Below are positions 37,985-49,329 of a DNA stretch of 64,000 nt, piece after piece. Within the stretch, counting starts at the first letter, position 1. Every line of letters starts with the position of its first letter. The DNA lies in assembly GCA_024137785.1 (NCBI GenBank), contig JAHRHZ010000111.1, positions 31,689,547 through 31,753,546 of the forward strand, in the 5' to 3' direction. The position numbers and the translations under genes were made by a program. Below the pieces are notes generated by a model that saw only the letters and a list, made by a program, of their open reading frames with translations, ran no database searches and had not been told where the DNA came from. The stretch comes from Ginglymostoma cirratum. Taxonomy: Eukaryota.

Positions 37985-38194
37985 GGTCAGAATTCACAAG
38001 ACACCAGGTTATAGTCCAACAGGTTTATTTGAAATCACAAGCTTTCGTAGCACTGCCCCTTTGTCTGGTCTTCACTTGACCAGGGGGCATCGTTCAGAAA
38101 GCTTGTGATTTCAAAAAAACCTATTGGACTGTAATCTGGTGTCATGTGACTTCTGACCTTGTCCACTCCAATCCAACATTGGCAACTCCACATC
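37985..38194. mobile_element. Palindromic pLTR-like element, family C, with decayed hammerhead motifs and 14-bp TSD
   Basis: Arms ~37983-38069 and ~38074-38160 plus a 34-nt tail; gaaagcttgtga on both strands; atgttgaactaagg at 37973-37986 and 38195-38208. Confidence 0.8.
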
Positions 38195-38715
38195 ATGTTG
38201 AACTAAGGCTACAAAGGTTCCCTTTGTACAGGTTGCCGCCAGGGTTACAATCTGTGTCGGACACAAATAAATGTGCACTGGATCATCAACTAACCCAATT
38301 ACTCTAGACATTATATTCATTTCAGAAAACTTGATTAAGGACTGCTGGCATGGAAACAGTATCCTCTTGCTAAAACCAAAATTGTCCAGACATGACAGAC
38401 TGCAGTTTGACCCCTGCAAGCTATTGTATTATATAACAGATAGGAAATATAAGTTTGAATCTTCCCCAAGCTTTAATTACAAGAAAAAATTGAACAGCGG
38501 AAATCTTAAGTGAGCAGGAAATGAACTTTGGGTCAACTAGCATCTGAAAATGGCCCTTTGTTTTACATTCTGAATAGCTTGCAAAATTTTCTGATTTTAT
38601 TGAAATATGCAATGTAACTGCACATAGCAGTCAATTAAATTAGCAGCAAGTGATCATTTTTGGTTAAAAGTAACTGAGAAAAGTAACTTCTGCTGTTTGT
38701 GAGTTTTATTTTGCC

Positions 38716-39622
38716 TGTGACCCAGGTAAGACTGGATGTTTTATTCTGTTGCAGTGACAAACACGGGCAGGTGAGTTGAAAGTGGGAAAGTGCATCAGTG
38801 GGGAGGAAAACTAACAATGTAAGAAACATGGATCTCATGCTTGAATTAACCTGAGACCTCATCAGCAGCTTTTCATTCTGTTCCCAAGTTGTCAGTTTGA
38901 AGGTTAATGGAAGGCACCTATGGGTGGGAAGCATTGGTGCCACACCTTGATGATGGGGAAAAAAGATCATAGGTTGAAAAGGAAAGAACTGCATTAGCAA
39001 TTGGGATGGCAGGAAAGATAATTTGGATAGTTCTTCAGAAATCTTGTTTGAACTTGGATGTGTAAATTAGTTGCTCCTGAGAAAGTGTGGTAGTTTAAGA
39101 CTGTTAAGGAAGAGGTTACCTCAGTATAATGAGGTTAGTTTAACATTTCCAGACCAGAAGTGTTTGGTTAAATCCCTGAGGGATTATATGAAGCTGAGAA
39201 AGTCTAGATTCAGTCAGATGATGAACAAGGAAGAGGTTGTTGGATTCTCATGTTTGGGTATTGAAGCCACACTTTAGTCAGACCCTTTGTATGACAAAGA
39301 AGGGAATTCTCTCTGTTGTTTGAGTACTCTAATGGGACGCTGTTCAGATGGTGGGGTTCTGGTTTTACTATTGTCTTTGAAAGTTTTAAATGGTACATGC
39401 AAATTGTTTGGATTCTTATATTTTGTCTTAATTTCTTGTGTACAATAAACTTCTGTTTTATTGTTAAACCCAAATCTGTAACATTGTTTATTTGTGTTTC
39501 AATAAAGGGCCACCTTTTTAAAAGTAAAGAGGAAAAACAGCATATGATCTATCAATCCAGATCTTAGTCTAAGATCTAACTTATCCAGCAATAACATCAG
39601 CTGATCCGCTGGGATCATAACA
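38716..39622 (+). mobile_element. Probable solo LTR (left boundary uncertain)
   Basis: aataaa signals, ends ..gggatcataaca; same terminus occurs inverted at 23513. Confidence 0.45.
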
Positions 39623-39969
39623 CTCGTAAACAAAGATGGTGGCTTACATGATTATTCAGCGATTTAACATTTCAAATCCCCTGACTGACTTGCTCCTGCC
39701 TGTCTTTGATTGGTCAATATAAAAATGGAGAAGGTGCAAAACTTGGATTTGTTTTGGAGTGTCAGTCAGGTCTGGCATCTGGGGTGGGGGTTGGTCAAAA
39801 CCTACAAAACGATGATGCAGAATGATCCAATTAACAAATGGGAGACATGCAAAATATACGCAGGATAACCTAATCAAGAAATGGTAAAGCCACTGTCACA
39901 TTGTCTGATGGTCCCAAACCGCAACAATTCATCCCCATACAACTTTGGTGTGGAATGCACACACATTCT

Positions 39970-40593
39970 TGTGATGATGCTGTGACTTTAAGAGGTTATT
40001 TTGTCCTTTGTTCAAAAGAGAGATTGAACAAGAAGTGAAAAGCAGTCTGTAAGAATGTAAACAACTTTTGAGGCCTTAGTTTTTTTTAAAAGGTGGAAAA
40101 ATAGAAGCGGCCTGAGTAGGTGTGATCGAGCTCCTACAGAACCAAGGATTTTAGGTTTAGTTTTCAGTAGTTGCTGATGGGATCTTGAAGAAGAAAAAGC
40201 TATTCTTTCCCTCTCTTAATTATAGTCAAAAGTTGGGAGTTCTCTGCCGGCTACAGGAGCTTCTTGTGAGACAACCTGTTCTGAATTTGCCTTTTACCAA
40301 GAGAGCACCCATGGGATGTTACTATATTGGAACTGTTAATTTGTAATAGTTATTGTATCTATTATTCTGTCAAGCTTTCTAATATAATTAAGTTATTCCA
40401 TTTCCTTCATTCTTTTGTTGTATTTTAATTATAGTGTTTCAATAAATTGTGTTTTGCTTATGGTCAAATAGTTTGACCAAACAAATTGGATCTGGAACAC
40501 AGCACCTCACATTTACCTTTAAAATAAGAAAAATGTTAGGGTCTAGGCTACCTTCTTGATATATTTTGAGGGGGTCTGTTGTGGTCCATATCA
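39970..40593 (+). mobile_element. Probable solo LTR
   Basis: TG..CA termini (tgtgatga..ccatatca), aataaa at 40441 followed by a GT-rich tract. Confidence 0.45.
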
Positions 40594-42574
40594 TTCCTTA
40601 CTGTCTCTGGAAGGACAATACCAAGTGTCTGCATGGTAATTACTGTACAGTATCACATTATCAGCCTGCTAGAGGACATTGAGTTGTGGTCTTTGCCTAG
40701 TTGATATCTTTAAGTTGTAATGAGGCCATACACGAACTGTGCTCATTTAAACTTGGTGGAGAAGCTCCTGGACTGTCAAGCGTTGGTTCCTTGCATACCA
40801 TAGAAAGATGTCACTTAACTATTGCAACTGAAGTCTTAAGTATTGAAATTTTATAACAGCATATTTCTCGGACCTTTCCAACCTATTGTTTTAGAAATAT
40901 GATTCTTTTTCATTCATTTTACATTTTTGCATTTCTCTTCAATAATTGGTTAAAATTATTCAGGATAATTTGCCATAAAACTAAAGTAGATTAAGTAATA
41001 GACACGAGAGACTCCTGTATAAAGTTACATTATCTAAAAAGTATGCAATTATCAACTCCAGTTCAATAAAATGATTTTGCTTCAATGTTACATAAAAAGC
41101 CAAACATGCTTGCTTCTAATATGCAATTCTTCTTCTTAACTTTAACAATGGCTCAGTGCATTTACTGAAAAGATGTCAAAAGTTTGTAGTTTCAAAATGA
41201 GGACAGGAAGTAATTGCTGCAAGGCCATAGTTAAGTATTGATGGAAGGTCAACACAATGCTATGAACTCAATGTTATTTGCGTCAGCAATTCTAATAGCA
41301 TAAAGCAGCTCCGTATGACATAGGACAAAAAAATCATTTTTTTATGTGATAACGCTGAGCTAAGGGTCATGTCACTCATTAATATTAATAACTTAATTTA
41401 CATGCTTTAGACCTGAAGCCAGAACTCTGGCTGAATAGTGGGAATAAATAGCCTGGTATGACTCCTTAAACTTAAAGGGACTTTTCCTGTTCAAACACAG
41501 AACAAGCCCAAAGAAAAAGATAGGAAACCCAGGATGTGAGTCTGAATTTGTTTTGTTTTTAATTTATATTTGGTTTCAGTGGCAATACCACTGACAAGCC
41601 TCTGGTTCAGTGACATGAGAGGACACAGTTTAGGCTGATACATCAGCGCAACTGATTTTCAATTATGTTGCTATTGATGGTTTCTTGATCTCCTTTTTCT
41701 AGGTTGAATGAGTTCTGCTTGAGTTTACAGTCTGAATCTCCTCACTCTTATTTCTTGACACAGTCAGATATCTGTTAACCAATGGATCTATACCTCAATT
41801 CCATTTAGCTGACCCACACCTTGATATCCTTATCTGAAATCTACCAAGTACAATCATTAAGTCTCGTCTGTTCGGAAATATTGGACCTAGGTGATTCAGT
41901 CATGATTATATTTTAATGCTGTTCACAATCTCTTTTGTTCACACTTGCTCTTCAGTCGAAAAATATTCCTCCCCATTGTTCGTTCCTTCAGGTTTTCAGC
42001 AACCACAGAATTGCAGAAGAAATCTTTCAATCGTTCATTGACTAAAACAAAAGTATCTGGTTGCTTTCTTAGCTGGATTTTGCATCAAGGTCACCTTTTT
42101 ATTCAAATAACTTGAATTATAAATTCATTTCATAACCTCAGGATGTTCCAAAGTGCTTTCTTGCCAATGTCACACTTCAGTGGTAGAGTCACGATAGCAA
42201 TGGGCTTGTTACTAATCCTTTTAGGAAAGTAGTTAGTGTTTGTGCATTGAAACAGACTGCTTAGCAATTTTCTATTAATATTGCTGGTTTTGTTTACAAA
42301 GAAAAAGATTATCTTCAGTTGCTGTAGGGTGAGCGGACTGGGTGATGTCCTACTTTGGCACTGAGTACCAGAGTGTGAATAAACTGCACGCCAATGCAAT
42401 GGACCAATTCTCCATTGTAATGAAAATCTGTCCTTCTATCTTTCTATAATACTGTGCTGCAGAATCCCTGCACTGCACCTGAACTGGGAATCAGGTTCCA
42501 CCTGATTGCTAGGCTAACTTACAGCATAAATGCTATTTAGCAACAGTAAAACATAAATAAATTTATATAATATG

Positions 42575-42740
42575 CATACAAAATAGTGAAAATATCCAAC
42601 AGGTCAGACAGCAGTGCAGAGAGAATAATCTAATAAAAAGTCATAAACTTAAAACAATACCCAGTTTCTCTCCTCACAGATGCTGCCAAACCTGCAATTT
42701 CCATGATTTTCTGTCTTTTATTTCAGATTTTCAGCATCTT
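42575..42740. mobile_element. Old, decayed inverted pLTR pair (family B-related)
   Basis: caacaggtcagacagcag..gagaga versus tctctcctcacagatgctgccaaacctg..ttcagattttcagcatct. Confidence 0.55.
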
Positions 42741-43060
42741 TGTATGTGAGTTTTTACTAATAACATTTAGTACAGTCTGGTTTTGAATATAACCTTTGTG
42801 GTTTCCTTCTACACGTAAAACAGCTTTGATATTTTTCTTTAATTGCCACTTCCCACAGGAGGGGCCCCACACAGCTGATAGCTAAATAAAGATGAACTTT
42901 GAAGATTTTCTAATGACTAACAGTCCAGGAGATACTTTTTCTCACCAGGGCTTCCCAACTGTGACAGTCTTCATGGAGCCTGAATACACAATGGAAACGG
43001 GGGTTGGAGGGGGTCATTTTAACAAAAATCACCAACCAGAAAACAATGGAATTTGGTACA

Positions 43061-43265
43061 AGAGATAAAAGGTACTGCAGATGCTGGAGAATCCGAGATA
43101 ACAAGCATGGGGCTGGATGAACACAGCAGGTCAAGCAGCATCATAGGAGCAGGAAAACTTGACGTTTCGGGCCTAAACCCTTCATCAGAAATGGGGGAGG
43201 GGAAGAGGGTTCTGAAATAAATAGGGAGAGAGGGGGAGGCGGATAGAGGATGGATAGAGGAGAGG
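43061..43265 (-). mobile_element. Family A PLE 3' end with tail and intact hammerhead motif (43161-43188)
   Basis: Reverse complement of 21470-21637; CUGAUGA-A-GGGU(UUAG)GCCC-GAAACGUC. Confidence 0.9.
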
Positions 43266-44644
43266 CTGTTTACAGCCACTTATTTTATTGCTCTCCTCTG
43301 ACCACTAGAGAGTAAAATAGGACAAAAATATACTCATATTTACTCTAGTAAAACAATCATAGCCAGTTACTCCTGGTAGCTATGAGATAAGGTGCTGTTT
43401 AGGTTAGCTGGCCCATGGGAAGACACATTTTTTTCAGCACTTGCCCCTGAGTCACCTTATGAAGGATGTTGAGGGAAGAAGAATTTATGCTTTGTTTTTG
43501 TTTCTTTCAATAAATTTGCAGATCAGCTGAGTGGGAAGTGCAGCCTGTGTCAATACAAGCTTCAGGGAAACACAGGCACCTCCTATCAGCTCACTGCATT
43601 GCAGTCCACCTTCACAAAGCATAACAAAGACCGCAGAACTTGAATTCAAAGGTGGCCAGGTAATCAGAGGCTTACAGAATAGATTGCATTCAACACCTTG
43701 ATGTTTGATATGAAATATAGCTAAACTAATACTTTTTTTTGGAAATGAATTATGTTCCTTTTATTGATTATCAATACTGAAAGACTCATTTTTAGGAAAA
43801 AAAGTAACTTTCCAAAATACTGTTAGTTAGAGGAAACAATCAAGCTGCTGATGTGAGATTGCCTAGGGAGTAGAACTGGGTGGTAATTGTGCTTCTGAAC
43901 AATTAGTAGTCAATCAGGAGGTGGCATAGAATGATAGGACTGCTTGGAGAGGAGAAGTAAATAAATAGATTGGAAAATAAAGGAGTACTATTGTGCGCTG
44001 ACCCAAATAAAATTTTAAAACTCAATATTTGGAATCACCAATTTTTTTTTCCCCAGCTGCGGAAATCTTCACCACAAAATAATTCTTTTATTCTATTTCT
44101 ACCAAACTTTCTCTTGAATGGGTACAGTTCCACAAGGGAGTAGGAACTTTATTGATCACACACAGCGAGTGTTGACAGTTATTCTACATGGGAGATAACG
44201 TGTAGAATGTGACATTGGCCTCATTAATCCCACAATGTGGAGTTTCCGAGCTAAGGTCTACAGACAACCATCAGGAAACTGGAAGTTTTCTCTGGCTAAT
44301 ATTATTCTGGAGTATGAAGTAATTAAATCTGGAGGTTTGGCCTTAAATAATCCATTAACATATCATTAATTTTACATTTCCATATTAATTACAAGTCATT
44401 TTATTTTTTGGAACAATATGTTTATCTACCTAAGCCTATGACTACCATTGACTTGTCACATTTTAATGTATGTTCTATAGTCTTGATATGTATTGCTTAG
44501 AATATTTGTATCTTGTACAGAGGCATCAATGCCAGTTCTGATGCCCTTTTTCGCCTGACTGAGTTCAGATAATAAATTTTCCAAGGAGCATTGCAATTTC
44601 TTCGAAGTTCAATTTAGCACATTTCCAGTGACAATTCCAGCTAC

Positions 44645-44952
44645 TTTTTTCTTCATTTATGGGATGTGGACGTCTCAGGCTGGACCAGCATTTATTGCCC
44701 ATTCCTAATTGCCAGAAGGCAGTTAGGAGTCAGCCACATTGCCGTGGGTCTGGAGTCACATGTAGGCCTGACCAGGTATGGGTAGCTGATTTCCTTCCCT
44801 AGTGACATGGCCATCATTCATTAGATTCTTAATTCCAGATTTTTATTAAATTCAAATTCCACCACCAGCCATGGTGGGATTTGAACCCATGCGTTCAGAA
44901 CATTACCTGGATCTTTGGAGAGTCTGGTGATAATACCATTGGGCTATCACCA
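44645..44952 (-). mobile_element. tRNA-derived SINE (family of 37067), internally deleted
   Basis: Reverse-complement match including B box and tail. Confidence 0.85.
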
Positions 44953-45149
44953 TTCCCTAGGACTAGTGCACATTGTCTATGGGGAAGGGAAATGTGAAAA
45001 GTACTATGTGAGTAAATATGTCACGACATCCCAAATAGAGTCATATCTCATGAATTTTCTTCTGATGTGCAGTGTAATACAGACTAGTACAGATCTCACC
45101 TTGTTCAAAGAATGATCCCACCAGCAGAATTGAGTTAAATTACTGGTTA

Positions 45150-45300
45150 ATCTTTTTGTGGGTGTTTGTTAATGGATGGCTGTTGGTCAAAACACTGGGA
45201 GAACACCCTGCTTTTCCACACATAGACCTTTGGAATATTTTAAGATTACCAGAACAGACAGCAGTGTCCCCGGTTACACAGATGCCTCCAACAGCAATGA
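45150..45300 (-). mobile_element. Very old DeuSINE-like fragment
   Basis: tgttggtcaaaacactggagaacaccctgctttt..ggaatatttt resembles the Deu-domain as I recall it; weak. Confidence 0.3.
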
Positions 45301-46069
45301 TGAGGGAACATGTCAAGCAGGGAAGTCTGATCATTTGTGTTGAGACGTTCATGAGCAGGTGGCAATGGTGAAGGAGAGCAGCTGAAACAGTTGATCATAT
45401 GTGCACTGAGAGAAAGGGTGTGTTTGGGAGAAGGAGGACGAAAGGCTCCTCAACCAAATGGAAACCACAAGCTCCAATCAATGTAAATACAGTGAGCCTG
45501 CTTTAATCTTAATTTCCCTTCATGTCCGTCAGGAAATTCATGAGATGTGACTCTATTTGGGATGTCTTGAGGTATTCATTCACCTAGTATCTTTGAAATT
45601 TCCCTTCCTCAGAGACAGTATGCACTATTTCTAGTTCGGATTATCACTTGGAATGTGCTAAATTGAACTTCTAACAAACTGCAGTGCAGCAGCACAGTGT
45701 TATTTGGAAAATTTATTATCTGTACTCAGTCAGGCTGACAAGGAGCACCACAACTGGCTCTAATGACTCTGTGCTGGGCACAAGCAATACATAATCAAGA
45801 CTATAGAATGTACATTAAAATGTGGCAAGTCAATGATTGTCAAGGGCTTTCATGAATGAAGAATCCCTGCTTTATGATCTTCGGGGCCTTCGGTGTGTTG
45901 AAATCTCATGCTCACTCAGTCTAATAAAACATCATTCAGATGAAGCCTACAATAGTGCAGCACATGAGTCTAGTTGCAAGGTCAAAACCCTCACGGATTG
46001 CAAACTATCGACACTTGGAACATACAGATATTAATACTACCAAGTAAACCAAACTAACACAGGTACATA

Positions 46070-46165
46070 AACAGAAGTTGCCGGAAAAGCTCAGCAGGTC
46101 TGGCAGTGTCTGTGAAGAAAAATCAGAGTTGACATTTCGGGTCCGGTGACCCTTCCTCAGAACTC
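46070..46165 (-). mobile_element. Solo family B pLTR with hammerhead motif
   Basis: Minus strand GAGUU-CUGAGGA-A-GGGUC(ACCG)GACCC-GAAA-UG-UC-AACUC (46126-46165); cag(g/a)tacat on both flanks. Confidence 0.85.
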
Positions 46166-46739
46166 CTCAGATACATGTTTGTTTTTTTCCTATGTGGACA
46201 TTTTTATGCAAATACAAAAAAAAAGTTTATTTTCCACGCTAGCTGAGGTTTTCATGTTTGAAGATGAAGAGAGTTAAAGAAGGTATGCTGAAGAGATCAG
46301 TTGACATGAGAGCCTGGACAACATCAACCATCGAGCCACTAATTTCACCTGCAGTTTTTTACGTGCAAAATAGTAGTGAGTTGCCTCTGCAGATTTTGGA
46401 TTATCACTGAGACAGCTACAAACCTGTGCCATTTACAGATAACAGCAACATGCATAAGAAAATAAGAAATCAGAGCAGGATTAGGCCATCTGGTCTATTG
46501 AACCTGCTCTGCCATTTCGTGGACTCAGCTCCACTTACCCGCCCGCTCAATGCAGACAATCTCCATCGCTGGCACAGTAGTGTTAATTTCACTCAAAGTC
46601 ATCACTTCTCTCAAATATTATGTTTTGTTCTCTTTAGGGGTCATATTCAACCCAAAGCAACCTGCTGTCTGATGTAATATTAAACATTGGGACCAAAGCA
46701 AAATAAAAACTGTTAGAACCACGGATGTTGTACATCAGG

Positions 46740-47665
46740 AACAAAAACAGAAATTGCTGGAAAAGCTCAGCACATCAGGTGACATCCGTGAAGAAAAATC
46801 AGAGCTAACGTTTCGGGTCCGGTGACCCTTCCTCAGAACTGAGGGTAGCTGCGAAAATGTTACTTTATACGTGGAAAGTAGGGTGGGGAGCAGGGGTATG
46901 AAGTAAATGGTAGGTGGCGTACAGCCCAAAGAGAGAAAAAAGCAGTTGGATGGATAAAGGAGTTGATATCGACCTGGCTTGGAAGGTGAATGGCTGTTAA
47001 CGGGGACTGTTAGTGACTAACAATAGGTAGTGTGAATGGCAGGCTATGTGATAACAAAACCTGGTGAGTAGGATAGGGGGCTAGGGCACGGGAAAGTTTA
47101 GGGTCTTAAATTATTGAACTCGATATTGAGTCCAGAGGGCTGTAGGGTCCCCAAGGGGAAAATGAGGTGCTGTTCTTCCAGCTTGCGTTGAGCTTCACTG
47201 GAACCCTGCAGCAAGCCAGAGACAGAGATGTTGGCCAGGGAACAGGTTGGTGTGTTAAAGTGGCAGGCAATGGATAGCTCAGGGTCTTTTTTGCGAGCAG
47301 AATGTAGGTGTCCTGAGAAGCAGTCACCCAGTCTTTGCTTTGTTTCCCCAATGTAGAGGAGACCACACTGTGAGCTGCGAATGCAGTAGACTAGATTCTG
47401 GGAAGTGCGAGTAAACTGTTGCTTCACCTGGAAGGTATGTTTGGGCCCTTGGACACTGAGGAGGGAGGAGGTAAATGGGCAGGTGTTACACATTCAGTGG
47501 TTGCGGGGAGGGTGCTGTGAGTCTGTGGGGATATTACTGGGAGTGAAGAAGTGTGGACCAGGGTGTCCGGGAGGGAACGGTCCCTTTGGAAGGCGGACAA
47601 GGGAGGGGAGGAGAATATGTGTCTGGTGGTGGCATCTCGCTGGAGGTGGCAGAAATGGCGTCTGA
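46740..47665 (-). mobile_element. 5'-truncated Penelope-like element, family B (GIY-YIG plus pLTR)
   Basis: ORF 47098-47493 CNTC..NLVYCIRSSQCGLLYIGETKQRLGD..ACHFN..RKLEEQHLIFPLGTLQPSGLNIEF. Confidence 0.9.
46803..46840 (-). ncRNA. Minimal hammerhead ribozyme motif (family B)
   Basis: AGUU-CUGAGGA-A-GGGUC(ACCG)GACCC-GAAA-CG-UU-AGCU. Confidence 0.7.
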
Positions 47666-47971
47666 AGTGACTAATGCATTTCTGTCTCACATCGCAAAAC
47701 TTTAGGATCATTTCAGTTGGAAGGGATATAGAAGGATCTGTAAATAAAGAAGAAGTTGTGTGGAGACTTAGGACATACACTCCTCTTCCAAGTGATCATT
47801 GAAGAGTCAAACTGTCTACATTTGAAATATTTGAATAGCACTAGTTTACTACATAACTACATATACTGGCACCATGATACTTCAAGTGTTTAGATGCGAA
47901 GATAGCTCCAGAAGATACAGGGGAGAGTTAAACTGCAGTATTTTGGGTGGATCTATCAATGAAAAGAGATA

Positions 47972-48049
47972 GAGCTGGATTAACACAGCAGGCCAAACAG
48001 CATCAGAGGAGCAGGAAGGCTGACGTTTCGGGCCTAGGCCCTTCTTCAG
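47972..48049 (-). mobile_element. Short family A pLTR with intact hammerhead motif (48022-48049)
   Basis: CUGAAGA-A-GGGCCUAGGCCC-GAAACGUC; gaaaagagata at 47961-47971 and 48049-48059. Confidence 0.85.
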
Positions 48050-48120
48050 AAAAGAGATATCCAGGTTTGATGAGATCCAGCAGCGACTGTTTGAAAAGAT
48101 TCCAACTTGCAAAGTCACAA

Positions 48121-48270
48121 CCCTCTTCCGCTCCCCCATTTCTGATGAAGGGTCTAGGCCCGAAACGTCAAATTTTCCTGCTCCTATGATGCTGGTTGGC
48201 CTGCTGTGTTCATCCAGCCCCACGCCTTGTTATCTCGGATTCTCCAGCATCTGCAGTACCTTTTATCTCT
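48121..48270 (+). mobile_element. Family A pLTR with tail and intact hammerhead motif (48138-48173)
   Basis: AUUU-CUGAUGA-A-GGGUCUAGGCCC-GAAACGUC-AAAU; gtcacaa at 48114-48120 and 48271-48277. Confidence 0.9.
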
Positions 48271-49329
48271 GTCACAAATGCTATTTTCTTGATAAGGAGT
48301 CCATTAGCAGTGTAACTTCCATATTCTGGCATGTAGTGTGTGTGAATTTCCAATATGTGTTCAGATTTCTGATATTTGCTTTAGCTGGACAAGACTTCAA
48401 AACAAGACCACTCTGAAACCCACATCAAATAAGGCTAAACCTCAGCTCAACCTAGATTGCTACGGCTTCTAATTCCTGTCAATGAAGGGTGGACTGGTAG
48501 ACAGAATGTGCTTCATGTGAACAAAGGATAAGAGATTGTAGTATCAATTGTCACAACTTTTAGAAGGGAAAATGTCGAGGTTTTGTACATCAAAAATATA
48601 TTTCTTTTATCTTTGCTTATGCAGCAAACTAGTTCTATTCTAGAAATAAAAAGAGAATGGAACGATAAATGATGGCTATTTTCTAATAGCTATCAAATCT
48701 TCAAGTGACGACACAATGTGAAACAAAGTCATACTTTAGGTTTAAAAGGATTATGGTCTTGACAAACTCACGCAAAGAGTGAAGGCTCACTTACTTTGAA
48801 GCTTGCAGTTGTTTATGATATTCTCAGAGTTTTAATTTTATTCCTCATTTTAACATTGACCTCATCCAGAAACCTTTTAAAGAATTTGCCATTAAGAGTT
48901 AAAAATTCAATTTAAACAAAGCTTGCAAAGGTAGAAGAGTTTTATGGCTGTTGTGCAGTCATATTACTCAATCCACATTTCAACTGTTTTTTAGGTTAAC
49001 ATTCGTAAAATCTTGTACCCAATCTTATGAATGAATGCATGTAAACATGCCTCTAGCATGGTTGCAATATGCATAGTGTTTTTTGTTACTTGTTAAAATT
49101 AGAAGAAAATAGTTTTAATATTAAGAGTTGAGGAAATACATCAATCAAATGAAAGGTATACATAAAGAGCAGAATTCAAACAGAGTAAGTTTGGTGATAG
49201 GTGAATTATGTGAAGGGAGGATGAAGAGCTCTTTGTATCTCCCCTTTTTCTATCTACTTTCTCCACTGTCAGTATTTGATTCCTACTTTGATGTAGAAGA
49301 AGGAGCTATTTTGTGATTAATTGGTAAGC

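Noticed and set aside
5065-48270. Repeated gggtctaggcccgaaac hairpin as a CRISPR repeat
   Set aside because: Copies are dispersed in both orientations with no regular spacers and no cas genes, in a vertebrate repeat context.
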